Positions 53,668 to 62,880 of a stretch of DNA of 64,000 nt are shown piece after piece. Source of the DNA: PVC group bacterium (GTDB lineage Bacteria > Auribacterota > Erginobacteria > Erginobacterales > Erginobacteraceae); contig JAZDIV010000048.1 of assembly GCA_043804695.1 (NCBI GenBank), positions 1 to 64,000 on the forward strand, given 5' to 3'. The number at the start of each line of letters is the position of its first letter. The stretch's first letter is position 1. The position numbers were made by a program, and so were the translations under genes. The notes below the pieces were generated by a model, which saw nothing but the letters and a program-made list of their open reading frames with translations, ran no database searches and was not told the origin of the DNA.

Positions 53668-54588
53668 TTACGGGATATGCGCTTTTTGGCTATCCTTCCG
53701 GGGGCGGCCTTTTTTTCTCCGCAACAGGCCGAAAATACCCCGCGCTTCGAACGCGCGATAATTCTGATAAAAGGCTTCACGGGTTATCCCGTATTTCTTG
53801 CAGATCGATCCGACATGGGGTTTGGGGGAGGTCGCCGACTCGCGGATCATCTCCAGCTTGACCTGGGCGGGATCCTGCCAGTTGAGAAAAGAATGGAGGC
53901 TGTAGGTCCTCGCTTCCGGCTTTTTCTCCAGGAAAGGGAACGGGATGAAGCCCGGCAGCTGCTTCAGGTATAGCCGGGTCTCTCCGTATTGAGCGATCAG
54001 TTTCTTCAGTTCCCGCTGGCCGATGACCCCGAGCAATCCCCACACTTTAAACTTATTCAGATAGTTGTAGAAATCCTGGCGGGAGAAACTGAAGAAAGAG
54101 CTGATGGCCTTCACCCTCAGCTCCGGCTGCGCGTGCACCAGACGGAGATATTCGTATCGGTTGAGGAACTCATCTTCCAGAGGATAGTGGTACTTCCCGT
54201 TCAGCCGGATCAGCTCATTCCGCTGCTGGTCAAGGTAATACCGGACCGCGTCGCGGATCCGGGACAGCTCGAACGGCTTGGTGATATAATCATCCACCCC
54301 CGCTTTCAGGGCCCGGACCGCGATCTCTTCCGAACCCCTCCCGGTCAAAATGATTACCTTGGCGAAAGGGAAGAGCTCCTTGATCTCCGGGAACAGTGCC
54401 AGCCCGTCAACGCCCGGCATCATGTAATCAAGCAGCACCAGGTTGGGAATAAAATCCTCCATTTTCCGCAATGCTTCTTTCCCCGAAGAGACCGCGTTGA
54501 CCGAAAACCCCAGCCGCTGGAAATACTGGACGAGTAGCTCCCGGACCTGTTTTTCATCATCAACAATCAATATCTTTTTTGAGAACAT
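53668..54588 (-). CDS. Response regulator (REC) with tandem HTH-like output domains
   Basis: ILIVDDE, LLDYMMPGVDG, ILTG, YITKPF; SD AAGGAGG. Confidence 0.85.
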   Translation of the reverse strand: MFSKKILIVDDEKQVRELLVQYFQRLGFSVNAVSSGKEALRKMEDFIPNLVLLDYMMPGVDGLALFPEIKELFPFAKVIILTGRGSEEIAVRALKAGVDDYITKPFELSRIRDAVRYYLDQQRNELIRLNGKYHYPLEDEFLNRYEYLRLVHAQPELRVKAISSFFSFSRQDFYNYLNKFKVWGLLGVIGQRELKKLIAQYGETRLYLKQLPGFIPFPFLEKKPEARTYSLHSFLNWQDPAQVKLEMIRESATSPKPHVGSICKKYGITREAFYQNYRAFEARGIFGLLRRKKGRPRKDSQKAHIP

Positions 54589-54655
54589 GGTATGCTGGCC
54601 TCCTTCATAAATTTGCTCACTTCGCTTGCAAATTAATGTTAATCACGACTTCAAT

Positions 54656-54684
54656 ATAATAAACATACATTGCTGTTGAGACAA
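54656..54684 (-). promoter_or_regulatory. Possible promoter of the response regulator
   Basis: TTGTCT-17nt-TATTAT. Confidence 0.45.
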
Positions 54685-55063
54685 TAGCTATACCCTATTC
54701 GAAAAACTTATCCCTTGGAAACAAAACTAATTAAAACCACGGAGGACACAGAGCACACGGAGAATTTTAAAAAAATGTGCGAAATCTATTCATTAACATC
54801 TATTTTTTCTCCGTGATCTCCGAGATAGAATTCAAGCCATATTCGAGAATAAGCCGCTTAAAATACCTTTTCGAGTAAGGTATCACTATCCTTACCATAG
54901 TTAAAAGGTTTACAGATAGCAAGGATAATTTTTCCTCCGGGGAAACGGCCCCGCGCAACGCCGCCCCTCCGCGCGCCGCCGACCGCCCGCCTCCCCGGCC
55001 GGGGGACGGCGATTTCTCCGCCGGCCGGCGCCCGGGGGGACAGCGCGAGACAATGACCGGCTT

Positions 55064-56005
55064 CTATCCGCGGGGATGAAAGCGCCGGTGCACTTCCTTG
55101 AGGCGCTCGCGGTCAACATGGGTGTAGATCTGGGTGGTGCTGATGTTGGAGTGGCCGAGCAGCTCCTGGACCACCCGGAGGTCCGCCCCCTGGCTGAGGA
55201 GATGGGTGGCGAACGAATGGCGGAGCGTATGGGGGCCGGCCTTTTTCTTGATCCCGGCCCGGCGAAGGTAGGTCTTCACCAGACACCAGAGCCATTGCCG
55301 CGTAAAGTGCTTTCCCTGCCGGGAGAGGAAAAGGTCCGGGGAGGCGGACTTCTTGAGCAGAAGCGGACGGGACCACTCCAGGTAATCGGAAAGGGCCCGG
55401 GCGGCTTTCCGGCCCAGGGGCACTATCCGCTCCCGGGCTCCCTTCCCCCAGGCGCGGACAAACCCCGACTGCAGGTTGACGTCATCGACCCGGAGACCGA
55501 TCAGTTCGGAAGCCCGCAGCCCGCTGGCATACAGCAGCTCCAGAACCGCCCGGTCTCTTAAACCCAGGGGGGTGGAAAGATCCGGCTGGCCGAGAAGAGA
55601 TTCCACTTCCGCGATGGAGAGGACCTGGGGGAGTATCTTCCAGAGACGGGGAGACTCCACCACCTCGGTCACATCCCGCCTCAGGTATCCCTCCAGGGTC
55701 AGAAACCGGAAGAGCATCCGGATCGAGACGAGCGTCCGGGAGAGGGAACGAGGTGTCAGACCGCGATCCTTCTCGGCCAGCAAAAAATCCATCACGTCGT
55801 CCCGCTCGACGGCCGCCAATCCTCCTGGGCCCTTCCGGCTCAAGAACGTGATGAACTTCTCCAGATCGGTCCGGTAACTGCAGGTCGTGTTGGGGCTCAA
55901 CCCCCGTTCGACATCGAGGTAGCGGATGAACTCATCCAGGTAGATTTTTCCCGAGGGGAAAAATCTATCGAGTGAAGAAGCCTGGGTAACGTTATCTCGC
56001 CCCAT
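55064..56005 (-). CDS. xerD: Tyrosine recombinase XerD
   Basis: GLRASEL, GKG..ERIVP, HTLRHSFATHLL, LGHS, TQIYTHV, HPR; start uncertain. Confidence 0.92.
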   Translation of the reverse strand: MGRDNVTQASSLDRFFPSGKIYLDEFIRYLDVERGLSPNTTCSYRTDLEKFITFLSRKGPGGLAAVERDDVMDFLLAEKDRGLTPRSLSRTLVSIRMLFRFLTLEGYLRRDVTEVVESPRLWKILPQVLSIAEVESLLGQPDLSTPLGLRDRAVLELLYASGLRASELIGLRVDDVNLQSGFVRAWGKGARERIVPLGRKAARALSDYLEWSRPLLLKKSASPDLFLSRQGKHFTRQWLWCLVKTYLRRAGIKKKAGPHTLRHSFATHLLSQGADLRVVQELLGHSNISTTQIYTHVDRERLKEVHRRFHPRG

Positions 56006-56030
56006 AGCTGCGCCGGTTACATTTCCACTA

Positions 56031-56678
56031 TTATTTTTCACCAGGAAAAATAATAAAGGGGTTGGAATTCCTTTCTTCGCCGATGGTAGAATGGGGGCCA
56101 TGACCGGGAAGAATCATCGTATCATCCGGGAAAGACAGCAGGCGATTCTTGATGCTCGCCATGAGTTGATTCATGGATCCTCCGGGAAAATCAGTGCGGC
56201 CGACTCCCCCCGCGAAGAGGGTGTCGCCGGTGAAGACAAGATCCGGCTCATCGCCGCGGGGAAGCCGGAGACAGACACTTCCCGGGCTGTGCCCGGGAGT
56301 GGACACGACCTTCAGCTTCAGCCGGCCGACCTCGACCTCATCATCATCCTGAAGTTCCCGGTCGCAGGCAGGCGAATCGATTCGCCCGAGGCCGAGCAGA
56401 CTCAAATTACGATCCGGATCGGCCAGAGCACCGGCATCCGCATGATGAATGAGCAAAGGAACCCCGTACTGCTCTTTCAACGCCCGGTTGGCGGCGATGT
56501 GATCGATATGGCCGTGGGTGTTGATCAAGACGACCGGGGTGAGGTTCTCCCTTTCGATCACCGAGACAATCACATCCGGGTCCCCGCCGGGATCGATGAT
56601 TGCAGCCTGCCCGTCGTCATCGGCCAGAATGTAACAGTTAGCCTGAAGAGTCCCGACGACCAGCCTTTTAATCTTCAT
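56031..56678 (-). CDS. MBL-fold metallo-hydrolase (glyoxalase II-like)
   Basis: THGHIDHI, TPGHSPG, GDTLF, GRTDFPGG, PGHG. Confidence 0.92.
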   Translation of the reverse strand: MKIKRLVVGTLQANCYILADDDGQAAIIDPGGDPDVIVSVIERENLTPVVLINTHGHIDHIAANRALKEQYGVPLLIHHADAGALADPDRNLSLLGLGRIDSPACDRELQDDDEVEVGRLKLKVVSTPGHSPGSVCLRLPRGDEPDLVFTGDTLFAGGVGRTDFPGGSMNQLMASIKNRLLSFPDDTMILPGHGPHSTIGEERNSNPFIIFPGEK

Positions 56679-56791
56679 CTGACGCTTCTCTCCTCTTAAA
56701 AAGTATTTTTAACTTGTTATCAGGTATTCTTTCGGATTGCGTCATTCGTAATTCGACATTCCTTCGGATTTCCTCATTTGAATTTCGGAAT

Positions 56792-57478
56792 TTACATCAT
56801 GCCATGCTCCGCCATGCTGAAATATCCGTCCGTGGTCACGATGATATGGTCCAGGATGTCGATCCCGACCGCCCCGCAGGCAGTTTTCAGGCGGACGGTG
56901 ATCTCCCTGTCCTCGGGGCTGGGGCGCAGGCTTCCTCCCGGATGGTTGTGGGCGAAGATCAGGCGGGTGGCGTTGTTTCTCAAAGCCGCCGAGATGACTT
57001 CCCGGGGATGGACGGCCGACCGGTCGACCGTACCCTGGAAAAGCTGCTCCGCCTCGATGATCATGTTGGCGTTGTTCAGAAAGACGACCTGGAAAACCTC
57101 TTTCTGAAGGCCTCCCAATGACTGCCGGAGGAAATGAAAGACCGCCCGGGGAGAACCGGCCAGGGGCCGGGACGCGGCCTCCTCCTTCAGGTAAAGGCCG
57201 ACCGCCTCCCGTATCAACTGGAGGCCGAATATGTTCTTCGGCCCCAGCCCCTCGATCTCGCACAGCTGCCCGGGGTCGGCGTTCAAAACCCCTTTCACCG
57301 ATCCGAATTTTTTGAGCGCGGCCTTGGCCGGGCCCTTGGTGTCCGTCCGGGGAGTCCCCAGAGACAGAAGAAGTTCAATCACCTCATAATCCTGAAAGCC
57401 GCTCAGCCCGGTCCGCCGGAATCGTTCTCTGAGACGCTGCCGGTGGCCGGATGCGTCGTCTGCCTGCTGTTTCTCCAT
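56792..57478 (-). CDS. radC: RadC (JAB domain) protein
   Basis: GHRQRLRERF, AHNHPGG..PSPED, LDHII. Confidence 0.93.
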   Translation of the reverse strand: MEKQQADDASGHRQRLRERFRRTGLSGFQDYEVIELLLSLGTPRTDTKGPAKAALKKFGSVKGVLNADPGQLCEIEGLGPKNIFGLQLIREAVGLYLKEEAASRPLAGSPRAVFHFLRQSLGGLQKEVFQVVFLNNANMIIEAEQLFQGTVDRSAVHPREVISAALRNNATRLIFAHNHPGGSLRPSPEDREITVRLKTACGAVGIDILDHIIVTTDGYFSMAEHGMM

Positions 57479-57594
57479 TGCCGGTCTCCCGAAAAAATAT
57501 CTTTATTAATTCCGTTATAATATATTACTATATGGGCTCTCATCAAACTAACCTAACAACATACTATAAATGAATTGGGTTAAGGAGGCTTCTC

Positions 57595-57924
57595 ATGGAA
57601 ATAAAAAAATGCGACGGGATCCTGGTAGTGTCGATGGTCCCGCGGTTCGATGCTTATTCCGCCAAGGAGGTGGAAGCGGACCTGAATCAAGCCATTCTAT
57701 CCGGAACCGAAAAAATTCTCTGCGATTTTTCCGATACCGAATACATATCCTCGGCAGGGCTGAGGGTGCTTCTCGCTACCGCCAAGGCGCTCAAGAAGAT
57801 CAGGGGAGAGATCGCTCTCTGCGCTCTTAAACCATCCGTTAAAGAAGTGTTTGAAACAGCCGGCTTCACCCCCCTCTTCAATATCTATGACGGGGAGAAA
57901 GAAGCCCTGGCCGGGATGGCGTAA
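57595..57924 (+). CDS. STAS-domain anti-sigma factor antagonist
   Basis: DFSDTEYISSAGLRVL; SD AAGGAGG. Confidence 0.9.
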   Translation: MEIKKCDGILVVSMVPRFDAYSAKEVEADLNQAILSGTEKILCDFSDTEYISSAGLRVLLATAKALKKIRGEIALCALKPSVKEVFETAGFTPLFNIYDGEKEALAGMA

Positions 57925-58009
57925 TAATCCCGTCCCCGGTTAACGCCGGCACCAGGTAATCGGAGCCAGCATGCTCACGGCCCCGGCGAGAAATTCGCCG
58001 GGGCTGTTT

Positions 58010-58882
58010 TTATGGAACGGAGCAGCGAATGTCGACATGGTCCCGACGTTCGGCAGTATTCTTCTTCAAGCCCGCGGCGAAATACACCAGCGCCGCCATC
58101 AGAAGCAGATACCCGTATGCATTGAGCAGAACGCTCAACCCGGGGGCTAAAAAGCCTGCACCGATGTCTCCAGTTTTGAGCCACCCATTGATCAACAGCG
58201 AGATTAAAAGCGGGGAACCGGAAAGAACCACTACAAAGGATAAAGTGGAATACAGGTTGGCCCGCACCACCCGGAAACTGTACACGACCGCTTCCACGAT
58301 CCCGGCGCCTTCAACAACCACGCCCGGGTAAGAAAAGACCAGGGCGAACATGAGTGCAACTCTCCCCCAGTTGACCACCAGGAGTATGAGGTAATACATG
58401 ATCCTCTCGCTCGTCAGAGACAGTAAAACTCGCGCTATGGCCGTTGGTATCAGTATTACCGCCGCCTGCACTATCCCGACCCCGAGGAAACGCCAGAAAT
58501 AATGCTTCCCGCTCTCCATGACCGCGGCCAGGCTCCATCCTCCCAGGCCGAGAATAACATCCAGACTTCCCATAATCCCGGCATGAAAAAAGACCAAGAC
58601 CAATCCAAGGCAGACTATAAAGAATACACTCGTCCAGACCGGGAGCCCGGCAACATTAAAAATATACCTGCCGGCCGCACAGAAGATGGCGATACCCAGC
58701 CACAAAATAACCAGGCAGGGATGTGAATGTACCATCCTCAGCGCCTGGATGATGGTCTCACCCCTTGGAGGACCTTCAGGCATTCTTCCGGTCATACCGG
58801 GAGCTTCACCGATTTTCCGTCGTAGCGCTGCCCCTCTGTCTGTCTCATGATCGTTCATTTCAAGGCGAGGCACCCCCGTCAC
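58010..58882 (-). CDS. Multi-pass membrane protein of unknown function
   Basis: About 6 TM segments; YFWRFLG motif; ATGA overlap with the upstream gene. Confidence 0.7.
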   Translation of the reverse strand: MTGVPRLEMNDHETDRGAALRRKIGEAPGMTGRMPEGPPRGETIIQALRMVHSHPCLVILWLGIAIFCAAGRYIFNVAGLPVWTSVFFIVCLGLVLVFFHAGIMGSLDVILGLGGWSLAAVMESGKHYFWRFLGVGIVQAAVILIPTAIARVLLSLTSERIMYYLILLVVNWGRVALMFALVFSYPGVVVEGAGIVEAVVYSFRVVRANLYSTLSFVVVLSGSPLLISLLINGWLKTGDIGAGFLAPGLSVLLNAYGYLLLMAALVYFAAGLKKNTAERRDHVDIRCSVP

Positions 58883-59913
58883 GACCCGGGGGTATTTTCT
58901 TTACCTCTCAGGCTGAAAAGCCTGGACTCGATCATGTCATTCACAACAAGCCTGATCTGGGGATCGTTGGGGTCGAAGCCCCGGTAAACCAGCAGGTCCC
59001 GGGCGATCGAGAGGGCGCGGGACTTTTTCTCCTCCGGGGTAATCCGGGAGGGGGCGACTCCTCCTTTCATCGCCGACCGGGAGGCCTGCTCGGCAGCCTC
59101 CACCGCGGTCTCCGTCAGGCTCTTGATCACCTCGAAAACGAAGTCCCTTCCCTTGACGTCATCGATCAGCCGGGTCCAGATCAGGGTAAACCAGCGCTGA
59201 TAGTGCCGGCCCAGCCAGGGAAGGTTGCTCAGGATAAAATGAAGAATCAGGAGAAGCACAGCCGAGGCGGCGTAGGTACTGACGGTAAGGAAATGAGCGA
59301 CAAAATCCTCCCGGAAAGTCCTCAGGAATGCCGACGCCATATCGGCGAATGATTCATAGCGGGGACGGTCGAGTTCCTCCTTTATCTCGCGGACCTGTTT
59401 GGCCTCCGGCGGTGATCCGTAAAAGAACAGGGAGCCCCCGGCACCGGAGGGATAAATAACCAGCTGATCCGGTTCGATTCCCAGGGAAATCCGGTCGGAG
59501 AGGTTCAGTAACTTTTCCCTCATCGAAGAGCCGCTCAGATGGAGAAGCGGAAGGGGCACCAGTACGGGTGGGCCTTCGGCGGGAGGGTAGAGCCGGTCCA
59601 GGTACTCAGCGACGCGCAGCGCTTCCTCGACCTCGTCCCCCCTCCCCCGCAGGAAGAGCATTCCCTCTTCAGTGCCGAGGATCGGGAGATGAAGGTACTG
59701 CAGGGAAGAGAATATCCCCCAGGTCCGGGCAATGAGATCGAGGGCGCCCTCGATCTGAGCGGGGGTGGCATTGCGGACCACGACCGGGGCTACCGTCCGG
59801 TCATAGGCAGCGGGAGGCTGTCCGACGCCGGCCCGGGCCTCCTCGGGAGGTTGAGAAAAGCCGGCGGCGGCAGAGAAAACAAACCCGAGAATGACACCGG
59901 CAAGGAGCTTCAT
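58879..59913 (-). CDS. Signal peptide + two secretin-N/NolW-like repeats + TM + LL-H holin-like domain
   Basis: Repeats ending LFLRG..DEVEEALRVAEYLD and LFFYGSPPEAKQVREIKEELD; AVEAAEQ...EEKK..A...MIE. Confidence 0.6.
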   Translation of the reverse strand: MKLLAGVILGFVFSAAAGFSQPPEEARAGVGQPPAAYDRTVAPVVVRNATPAQIEGALDLIARTWGIFSSLQYLHLPILGTEEGMLFLRGRGDEVEEALRVAEYLDRLYPPAEGPPVLVPLPLLHLSGSSMREKLLNLSDRISLGIEPDQLVIYPSGAGGSLFFYGSPPEAKQVREIKEELDRPRYESFADMASAFLRTFREDFVAHFLTVSTYAASAVLLLILHFILSNLPWLGRHYQRWFTLIWTRLIDDVKGRDFVFEVIKSLTETAVEAAEQASRSAMKGGVAPSRITPEEKKSRALSIARDLLVYRGFDPNDPQIRLVVNDMIESRLFSLRGKENTPGS

Positions 59914-59916
59914 GAC

Positions 59917-60543
59917 CTATCCTTCCGGGGCCGGGCCGGGAAAATCCTTCTTTAAAATCTTCTTTTCCGCTTCCATGTGACTGAGTTCCCCCTTGAATAT
60001 CTTCCGGTCGGTCTCTTCGGCCGCCAGTTCTTTCTCCAGCCCGGCAACTCTTTTTTCTTCCATCTCCTTCTGCTTCTTCAGCCTGATATCTTCCGCCTTT
60101 TCTTTCTCGAGCCGTTCCTTCAGTTTCCCCGGACCGGGGGTTTTCTTCCCTGCTTTTATTTCCCCGGCACACCTCTCCTGATCGGCGTGAAGCTTACCTT
60201 CCACTTCCTCCAGTTTTGCCGAGATATCTTCGACCTCGGCCTTTTCCTCCCGGAGCTGGCCCTTGAAAGTATTTACTTCCTTCACCGAGAAGGCCAGCTC
60301 TTCATGGAGCCTGCCGTCCAGATCTTCGACCAGCTCCCGGGCCACCGGCCTGAGCCGGTTCAGCTCTGCGGAGTACCTCGCGGCGGTCGCAAGGTATTTC
60401 TTGTGATGGCGACGGTTCCGGCAGTTTGCCGCCAGCTGACGGTACTCCTCCCCCCGGCGATTCATCCGTCGGATCTTCTTCAGGAGTGTGTTTTTACGAA
60501 TAATGTCCGTCTTGATGGCGTTTTCTATTGCAGTGTGATTCAT
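59917..60543 (-). CDS. Highly charged coiled-coil protein
   Basis: E/K-rich heptads; SD GGGGGA. Confidence 0.7.
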   Translation of the reverse strand: MNHTAIENAIKTDIIRKNTLLKKIRRMNRRGEEYRQLAANCRNRRHHKKYLATAARYSAELNRLRPVARELVEDLDGRLHEELAFSVKEVNTFKGQLREEKAEVEDISAKLEEVEGKLHADQERCAGEIKAGKKTPGPGKLKERLEKEKAEDIRLKKQKEMEEKRVAGLEKELAAEETDRKIFKGELSHMEAEKKILKKDFPGPAPEG

Positions 60544-60603
60544 GATGTCCCCCTTTCTTGTTTTTCCTCCGGAAAAACAAGAATAACATTAATCGTTCTT
60601 ATC

Positions 60604-61359
60604 TCATTTTTCAAGCTCATTCACATCTGAGTATGTTAAAACTTCCAAGTTGTCATGATAAACCGTGCCCGTCCGGCCGGAATGATGGCCCAGGAGAAGG
60701 GGAAGATGCGACCTGCCGTAGGTCAGGCGTTTGCGGGAATAATACACCAGATCGCCATCAATCCGGAACTCGACAAAGCCGCTGTCTGTAACCAGTATCT
60801 CGTAGGTGTGCCACCCGCCAAGATAATGATCGCGATAGGGCCGCCGGCTGATCTCCAGGTCTCCGTCTTCATCCACCAGGCAGCAGGTGAGAGTGCCTCC
60901 TTCCGGGATGATCCCCCCCGTCCATCCGAGATGGCCGAGGTAGTCGTAGCTCATCCCGACCAGCCAGTCCGGCCAGACACCCTGTAGAAAAGCGTCCGGG
61001 TTCCGGGGGAATCCGAAGGAACCCCCGAAGCAGACGGAACCGCTTCGGCCGGAAATAAATAGATCGCAGCGGACAACCATCCCCGGAGAGAGATGAAAGA
61101 CCCGCTTGCTCAGCAACCCGTTCTTCTCCCCGGCGGCGCCGGTGTCCAGGGCGGGGGCGGGATTGCCGTGACGAGCGTTGATCCGCGGACCGGGCCGAGC
61201 AAAGAAATGCCACTTCTGTTCCGGCTCACCGGAAAAATCGTCATGAAATATCCGGTGCCCGGACGGCGACGCGACGGAGGCCGGCGGGCAGGAGAGAGCG
61301 GAGAGGCAGAGGAGAACAAGCGGGCAGGGAACGATCCTCAACAGGACTGCTCGTCTCAA
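60604..61359 (-). CDS. Exported beta-sandwich (ConA/LamG-like) hypothetical protein
   Basis: Signal-like N-terminus; FHDDFS, WHTYEI, VEFRIDG, YHDNLEV. Confidence 0.55.
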   Translation of the reverse strand: MRRAVLLRIVPCPLVLLCLSALSCPPASVASPSGHRIFHDDFSGEPEQKWHFFARPGPRINARHGNPAPALDTGAAGEKNGLLSKRVFHLSPGMVVRCDLFISGRSGSVCFGGSFGFPRNPDAFLQGVWPDWLVGMSYDYLGHLGWTGGIIPEGGTLTCCLVDEDGDLEISRRPYRDHYLGGWHTYEILVTDSGFVEFRIDGDLVYYSRKRLTYGRSHLPLLLGHHSGRTGTVYHDNLEVLTYSDVNELEK

Positions 61360-61412
61360 CTGCAGCCTCTTCTGATGTTGAACGATGAACCTTGGACGTT
61401 GAAGTTCATCTC

Positions 61413-62066
61413 TTATTCCCTGACCAGTTCCTCCTCCACCTGCGCGATCAGCTTCTTCAGAGTTTCAATCCCCGCCGCGGGAAGAAGCTGAGAAAGCTCA
61501 ACAGTATTTTTCACCGTCCGCAGGGAACCGAGCACTCGTTTCAGCGCCTCCTGCCGCTTCGTTGCCCAGGCTTCCTCGGGATCGAGAGTCGATTCCCGGG
61601 CGGCCTGGAGGAGACTCCGGTACTGGCGGCCGATTTCTTTCGGCCGCATCTCATCATCAAAGACCGCCGAGCGGAGTTTACCGTAATCTTCTTCGGAGAT
61701 CGCCTTTTTGGCCCGGGCCATCCGGAGGACGTTGACGCTCTCATAATCCGGAAGCTTCTCGATCCGGTCTCCATCTTCCAGGAAGGCGGAAAGACTGGCC
61801 GGTTCTTCCCTCTTCAAGAACAGGTACGAGCGGAGGAGCTTGTCCACCGTCTGCTGCCGCAGCTTCAGTTCCCGGGTGCAGTAGCTCTCAAAGGTCGGGA
61901 ACCCCCACTCCCGGAAGGACTGCTTTTTCCCCACCACGCTCACGAACCGGCCCAGTTCCAGCCAGTTTCCCTTGAACTTCCTGACCGCATCCAGCACCTG
62001 GAAACGGAGGCTCTCCGGGTCCAGGTGTTCCATTTTTCCCTCGATCTCGCTGATTGTTCTCGTCAT
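61413..62066 (-). CDS. Conserved-looking alpha-helical hypothetical protein, possibly DNA-binding
   Basis: WLELG...FREWGFPTFESYCTRELKL..TVDKL pattern; SD GGAG. Confidence 0.7.
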   Translation of the reverse strand: MTRTISEIEGKMEHLDPESLRFQVLDAVRKFKGNWLELGRFVSVVGKKQSFREWGFPTFESYCTRELKLRQQTVDKLLRSYLFLKREEPASLSAFLEDGDRIEKLPDYESVNVLRMARAKKAISEEDYGKLRSAVFDDEMRPKEIGRQYRSLLQAARESTLDPEEAWATKRQEALKRVLGSLRTVKNTVELSQLLPAAGIETLKKLIAQVEEELVRE

Positions 62067-62186
62067 TATTTTTTACTCCGTAAAAAATGAATACTTCCGA
62101 TTGTCCGGAGTTTAACATAATTGAAGTTCGGCTGGTAGAAAATATGTCATATTTACCTTCTTCACCACGGGTGGTATTCTCCCTCC

Positions 62187-62807
62187 ATGTCCGGGAATAA
62201 CGAATCGAAGACGGCCCTGACCCGACCGGGCTTTTTCCACCGGAGCCATAAGCCGCTGGCGGCGGCGGTGGCGGTCCTGATTCTCTCCTACGCGCCGGTG
62301 GCTCGTCCGATTCAGTTCTTCCTGCGAACGTCGCTGGGGCCGGAAGGAATGATGCTGTTTGTTCTGCTCATCTTCCTGGCCGGCGGCGTTCTTTTCTTTT
62401 CCTCCTCCCGTCTCTGGAAACTTCCGTTGAAGAATATCATTCTTACGATCACGGTCTTTCTGGCCGGGCTTATTTACTCCTTCACCCTCCGCCTCCCCGA
62501 AGAAAGAATCCACCTGGTGCAGTTCGGACTGCTGGGCCTGCTGGCCTGTCCCAGCCTGAAGGGGCAGGCCTCCGGTGGATGGAGATGGCTCTGGAAGCCG
62601 CTGCTCTTTGTCTCCCTGGTCGGGGCGGCCGATGAAGTTTTTCAGTGGTTCCTGCCGGACCGGTTCTTTGATCTCCGCGACATCCTCTTCAACGCCCTCG
62701 GCGGCGTCTGGGGGATACTGCTTTACATGACGGTGAGGGGGAGAAGCGGTGAAAAGATGAACATCGAACGTTCAACGCATAAAGATACGGTGATCCGTTA
62801 TCAGTAA
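62187..62807 (+). CDS. VanZ-like membrane protein
   Basis: HLVQFGLLG, DEVFQWFLPDRFFDLRDILFN. Confidence 0.8.
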   Translation: MSGNNESKTALTRPGFFHRSHKPLAAAVAVLILSYAPVARPIQFFLRTSLGPEGMMLFVLLIFLAGGVLFFSSSRLWKLPLKNIILTITVFLAGLIYSFTLRLPEERIHLVQFGLLGLLACPSLKGQASGGWRWLWKPLLFVSLVGAADEVFQWFLPDRFFDLRDILFNALGGVWGILLYMTVRGRSGEKMNIERSTHKDTVIRYQ

Positions 62808-62880
62808 TCAGTTGTCAGTACCTCTCCCGGTCGGCCGATACTGATTACCGATCACCGATTACTGATTACCGTCATTACAT

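Noticed and set aside
55064..57478. Integrative element suggested by a tyrosine recombinase plus radC
   Set aside because: The recombinase has XerD signatures, RadC is the full-length chromosomal type, and no att sites or cargo are seen.
58879..59913. Prophage lysis cassette
   Set aside because: No endolysin, structural or other phage genes nearby.
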